From: a virus
Lineage: Duplodnaviria > Caudoviricetes
IMG/VR virus record: IMGVR_UViG_3300030397_000356
Span: 1-62,344 of that record
DNA: 62,344 nt
Reading direction: 5' to 3' (one strand)
Made by a program: the position numbers and the translations under genes. Below, piece after piece: positions 59,293 through 62,344 of this stretch (within the stretch, counting starts at the first letter, position 1; each line of letters opens with the position of its first letter). A model generated the notes under the pieces. That model was not told the DNA's origin and made no database searches. It saw nothing but the letters and a program-made list of their open reading frames with translations.

Positions 59293-59601
59293 ATGACAAT
59301 GAAAGCGAAAAGCTTGCGAGGAGAAGAAGTCGATTTCGACTTGCTGAAGACTAAAGAGGAGTTGGCTAAAACTCCTAAGACTGTTTTAGAAGTTCGTGAC
59401 AGAGAGGATTTTGTTCACATAAAAAGAAGAACCCGTGGGAAAGCTAGGCTCTTGGAAAAGATGCGCCAAAAGAAAGAACTAGATGCGAAAAAAGATAAAC
59501 TTGAAAAACAGGTTAAAGAAACCACAGAAACGAACACAGCTTCTAAGAACGAACCAGAAAAAAAACAAAGAAAACGTAAAATAGTTAAAAAGGATACATA
59601 A
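59293..59601 (+). CDS. Basic hypothetical late protein
   Basis: TATAAATA at 59252-59259; SLRGEEVDFDLL. Confidence 0.7.
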   Translation: MTMKAKSLRGEEVDFDLLKTKEELAKTPKTVLEVRDREDFVHIKRRTRGKARLLEKMRQKKELDAKKDKLEKQVKETTETNTASKNEPEKKQRKRKIVKKDT

Positions 59602-59602
59602 G

Positions 59603-59920
59603 ATGGCCAAAAAACCAGTTTTGTTGGAAGATAAAATTTTATTTAAATTCGAGTTAGACGTTGTAAATGGTGGGTTTTCTAGGCAAAGCGATTCTGGTAT
59701 ACAAGTACGAGAATTCCGACATGAACAAGTAAAAGTCCCCAGATGGGGTACGGTAATAGATGTCGGACCTGAATGTGTTGAAGTGAAGCCCGGTAACCGT
59801 ATTTTAATAGAGCAGACGATGTGGACAACCGGTATAGATCTGGAAGACAACATTGATGAAGAATACGGCAAATTTTGGGTCACTAGAGAAAGAGATGTGA
59901 TGGCTATAGACGAGAGTTAA
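59603..59920 (+). CDS. GroES-like co-chaperonin (gp31 analogue)
   Basis: LEDKIL...SDSGIQV...GTVIDVGP...EVKPGNRIL...ERDVMAI. Confidence 0.8.
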   Translation: MAKKPVLLEDKILFKFELDVVNGGFSRQSDSGIQVREFRHEQVKVPRWGTVIDVGPECVEVKPGNRILIEQTMWTTGIDLEDNIDEEYGKFWVTRERDVMAIDES

Positions 59921-59922
59921 AC

Positions 59923-60894
59923 ATGTTGTTTCTTCTTTTTGTAATGACAGGAACCGCGATTATAGCGTGTTCTGCTATAGCCTTTAGCGTTTGGGGCTTG
60001 GTTCAAACTTTTTCGACCACCGCTTTGATATGGGGCACCGCTATTGAAATTGCCAAACTGGTACTGGCGTCAGTAGTTTACCGCTATTGGGACAAGTTTG
60101 ACAACCTATCAAAATTTTTTGGTGTGATATTCATCGGGCTTTTGATGGTTATCACGTCTTTAGGCATTTCCGGGCATATAATAAGCTCATTACAGGAATC
60201 CAGTTTTCAATCTGCTACCAACGATATAAAAATAGAAAGTGTTGTATCTAAAGTTGAACGACTCAGAGAGCAATTAAGCTACGTTGATGAAAGGATAAAG
60301 CAAGACAAAGAGCGTTTATCAGCGATTGACGCAGAAGTAGCTAGCCTACCGAACACTTATGTGACAGCTAGAACCAAGCTCATCCGCGAACGCCAGCCGG
60401 AAAAAGACGAAATTAATTCAAACCTAGAGCAGCTTTTCGCAAAGCGGGAAGAGTTATTCAATGAATTGATTAGACTAGAAGAGGAGTTAAGGGAGCTTCA
60501 ACTAGCAGGAGAAGAAATTCAAGTTAAGACCGGCCCTATTGCTGCGGTGGTAGAGACGTTTGGTGTCGATGGTTCCAAATCAATATACCTATTGATATTG
60601 ATTATTGTTCTGTCATTTGATCCCGTGGCCGTATATTTAACTATTGCAGTCAACAGAATCTCAATGGATTTAAAGAAGTCTCAGAGAGATCATGATGATG
60701 GCACGAGAGCGTCCCCTGAGGCTCTATACGACGGCCCCCACGGCCCTATAGAAATGTACAACGATGGCGAAAAGCCATCTAACCGGGAAGATGAAGAAAT
60801 CTTAAAAAACATTTTAAGTTCCATACAGTCCATAAAGAAAAAAATGGACACTGACGACGAGCGGGAAAGAAGAATCAAGAGCGCATTGATTTAG
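59923..60894 (+). CDS. Membrane protein with long coiled coil
   Basis: Three N-terminal hydrophobic helices, coiled coil, then LIIVLSFDPVAVYL. Confidence 0.75.
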   Translation: MLFLLFVMTGTAIIACSAIAFSVWGLVQTFSTTALIWGTAIEIAKLVLASVVYRYWDKFDNLSKFFGVIFIGLLMVITSLGISGHIISSLQESSFQSATNDIKIESVVSKVERLREQLSYVDERIKQDKERLSAIDAEVASLPNTYVTARTKLIRERQPEKDEINSNLEQLFAKREELFNELIRLEEELRELQLAGEEIQVKTGPIAAVVETFGVDGSKSIYLLILIIVLSFDPVAVYLTIAVNRISMDLKKSQRDHDDGTRASPEALYDGPHGPIEMYNDGEKPSNREDEEILKNILSSIQSIKKKMDTDDERERRIKSALI

Positions 60895-60939
60895 TTTTTC
60901 CAAGGCTGTAGACTATCGCTTTATAGTTAGGAGAAGTCT

Positions 60940-61884
60940 ATGGCTAAAAAACTTTGGTGGCAAAAATACCGTCCGAAAACAATTGATGACTTCATCTTTT
61001 CTGATGAAAGCCTGAAAAAAGTCATTCGCAAATACATTGACGAAAAAAACATTCCTCACCTTCTGTTTTATGGACCTAGAGGAACCGGTAAGACTACTTT
61101 AGCCCACATACTGATTAATTCGATAGTCGATGAAGATCATATATCATCTGACGTTTTATACATAAATGGATCTAAAGATGGGGGAATCGATCAGATACGA
61201 ACCCAAATAACGTCACACATTTCTACTGTTCCTATGGGTGAGCTAAAGATTGTTTTTGTTGATGAAGCGGATGGACTATCTTCATCTGCCCAAGACTCGC
61301 TTAGAGGAGTTTTAGAAAAATACGATGGACATGCTAGAGTTATATTTACTTGCAATTATCAAAATCGACTAACTCCAGAGTTAAGATCTCGATTCAAACA
61401 AATACGGTTTAGTCCTCCAGATAAAGAATCTATCATGCTGTATTGCGCAAAGATTCTCACAAAAGAGGGTGTTGATTTAGAAGATGATGAGAATCTACAA
61501 GCTTTTAGCTCGATAATGGAAGAGTATGCCGGGGACTTAAGACAGATTGTAATTACTCTTGAGAATTCTGTATATGATGGGAAAATCCATAACATCACAA
61601 TAGATGATGCTTCGCTAGAGGCGAAAATGGACATATTTGATAAAATATCGCAAGATAACTGGATGGAAGCTCGAAGGATTGCGGCTGAAAACTTCACAGA
61701 CGACGAGCTTATTGAGGTATACAGATTCCTATATGATTACTTGAAAGATATTCCAAAATTCGAAGATTCTGAAAGATTTAAAAAGGGAGTTGTCATAATA
61801 TCTGATCATATGTTTAGACACGCTTTACACCCAGATCAAGAGATAAATTTTGCAAGCTGTTTAATAAGATTATCAGAGGTATAA
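60940..61884 (+). CDS. gp44: Clamp loader ATPase gp44 (RFC-like)
   Basis: WWQKYRP, GPRGTGKTT, VDEAD, LRSR. Confidence 0.93.
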   Translation: MAKKLWWQKYRPKTIDDFIFSDESLKKVIRKYIDEKNIPHLLFYGPRGTGKTTLAHILINSIVDEDHISSDVLYINGSKDGGIDQIRTQITSHISTVPMGELKIVFVDEADGLSSSAQDSLRGVLEKYDGHARVIFTCNYQNRLTPELRSRFKQIRFSPPDKESIMLYCAKILTKEGVDLEDDENLQAFSSIMEEYAGDLRQIVITLENSVYDGKIHNITIDDASLEAKMDIFDKISQDNWMEARRIAAENFTDDELIEVYRFLYDYLKDIPKFEDSERFKKGVVIISDHMFRHALHPDQEINFASCLIRLSEV

Positions 61885-61885
61885 G

Positions 61886-62272
61886 ATGAGATTAGACGAA
61901 GATACGGTAAAGAAACAAATAGAAACGGTTTACAGATTTCCAGAACCATCAGAACGAACTGCATGGAAGAGGAAGCAGAAAAAAATGGACAAGCTGATTG
62001 AGAAATTGAAACCGATAGAAGAAAAGATAATGGAGCTATACATGCAAAAAAATCCTATTATGGACGAGATTGCTAAGCTTAGAAAGATAATGGTCCAAGA
62101 GTGTGTGCACCCTAAAGAATATTTGGTCCACAAAGGGACGCATATAGAATGCAAGTTTTGTGAAAAGTTACTAAGAGTCATAGAAAATAGTGATGAAGAA
62201 CAGTCAACCACCCCCGGCTTCAGCCGGGGGCTTGAAGGAGTAGCGCATGCCAAGCGTGAAACGGAGAGTTAA
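61886..62272 (+). CDS. Hypothetical protein; last ~22 codons derive from the inserted element
   Basis: CVHP...CKFC; sequence composition changes abruptly at 62203. Confidence 0.7.
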   Translation: MRLDEDTVKKQIETVYRFPEPSERTAWKRKQKKMDKLIEKLKPIEEKIMELYMQKNPIMDEIAKLRKIMVQECVHPKEYLVHKGTHIECKFCEKLLRVIENSDEEQSTTPGFSRGLEGVAHAKRETES

Positions 62273-62344
62273 ACGGGAGACTAGGGTGGCCGAGGTCCGA
62301 GAGGGCCGTTTGTTGAAGGCAACTGAACCGACCGGACGTGGCAG
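62203..62344 (+). mobile_element. Terminus of a second IS200/IS605-superfamily element (IscB/IsrB-type omega RNA-like), truncated by the window edge
   Basis: GTCAACCACCCCCGGCTTCAGCCGGGGGCTTG terminal hairpin with the same architecture as GTGAACTACCC...CTAAAG...GGGCTT at 38398; GC-rich. Confidence 0.75.

Noticed and set aside
1-62344. Stop-codon reassignment
   Set aside because: Core genes are full length under the standard code, and TAA, TAG and TGA all end genes
1-62344. tRNA genes or CRISPR arrays
   Set aside because: No cloverleaf with T-loop and acceptor stem, and no repeat-spacer array, recognised by eye in the intergenic gaps

Overview
This window is part of a large T4-like (probably jumbo) myovirus genome read with the standard genetic code. 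It holds the baseplate/tail module, including a >2,470-aa minus-strand ORF that runs off the left edge and is missing from the ORF track, plus gp6, gp25, gp5, gp53, gp48/54-like and gp26/gp51. It also holds gp55-gp47-gp46, the head module (gp20, gp21, gp22, gp23), enlarged neck proteins gp13 and gp14, the terminase genes, and replication/recombination genes (gp41, gp32, UvsX/Y/W, gp44, a stand-alone DnaE fragment). Late genes are marked by a (T/G/A)ATAAATA promoter. The most unusual locus is an intact IS200/IS605 element (38398-40932). Its tnpB gene appears to have been invaded by an HNH homing endonuclease, which left a dead 26-codon tnpB stub and carries a recoded replacement 5' end. The element sits in, and regenerates, a phage late promoter, and it carries another late promoter internally. 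Other highlights are a promoter-driven, hairpin-rich ~400-nt non-coding region followed by a G9 tract (candidate structured RNA or R-loop origin), the end of a second OMEGA-type element at the right edge, a likely -1 frameshift site between gp26 and gp51, and two duplication scars. All family calls come from motif recognition and synteny by eye; no database searches were run.
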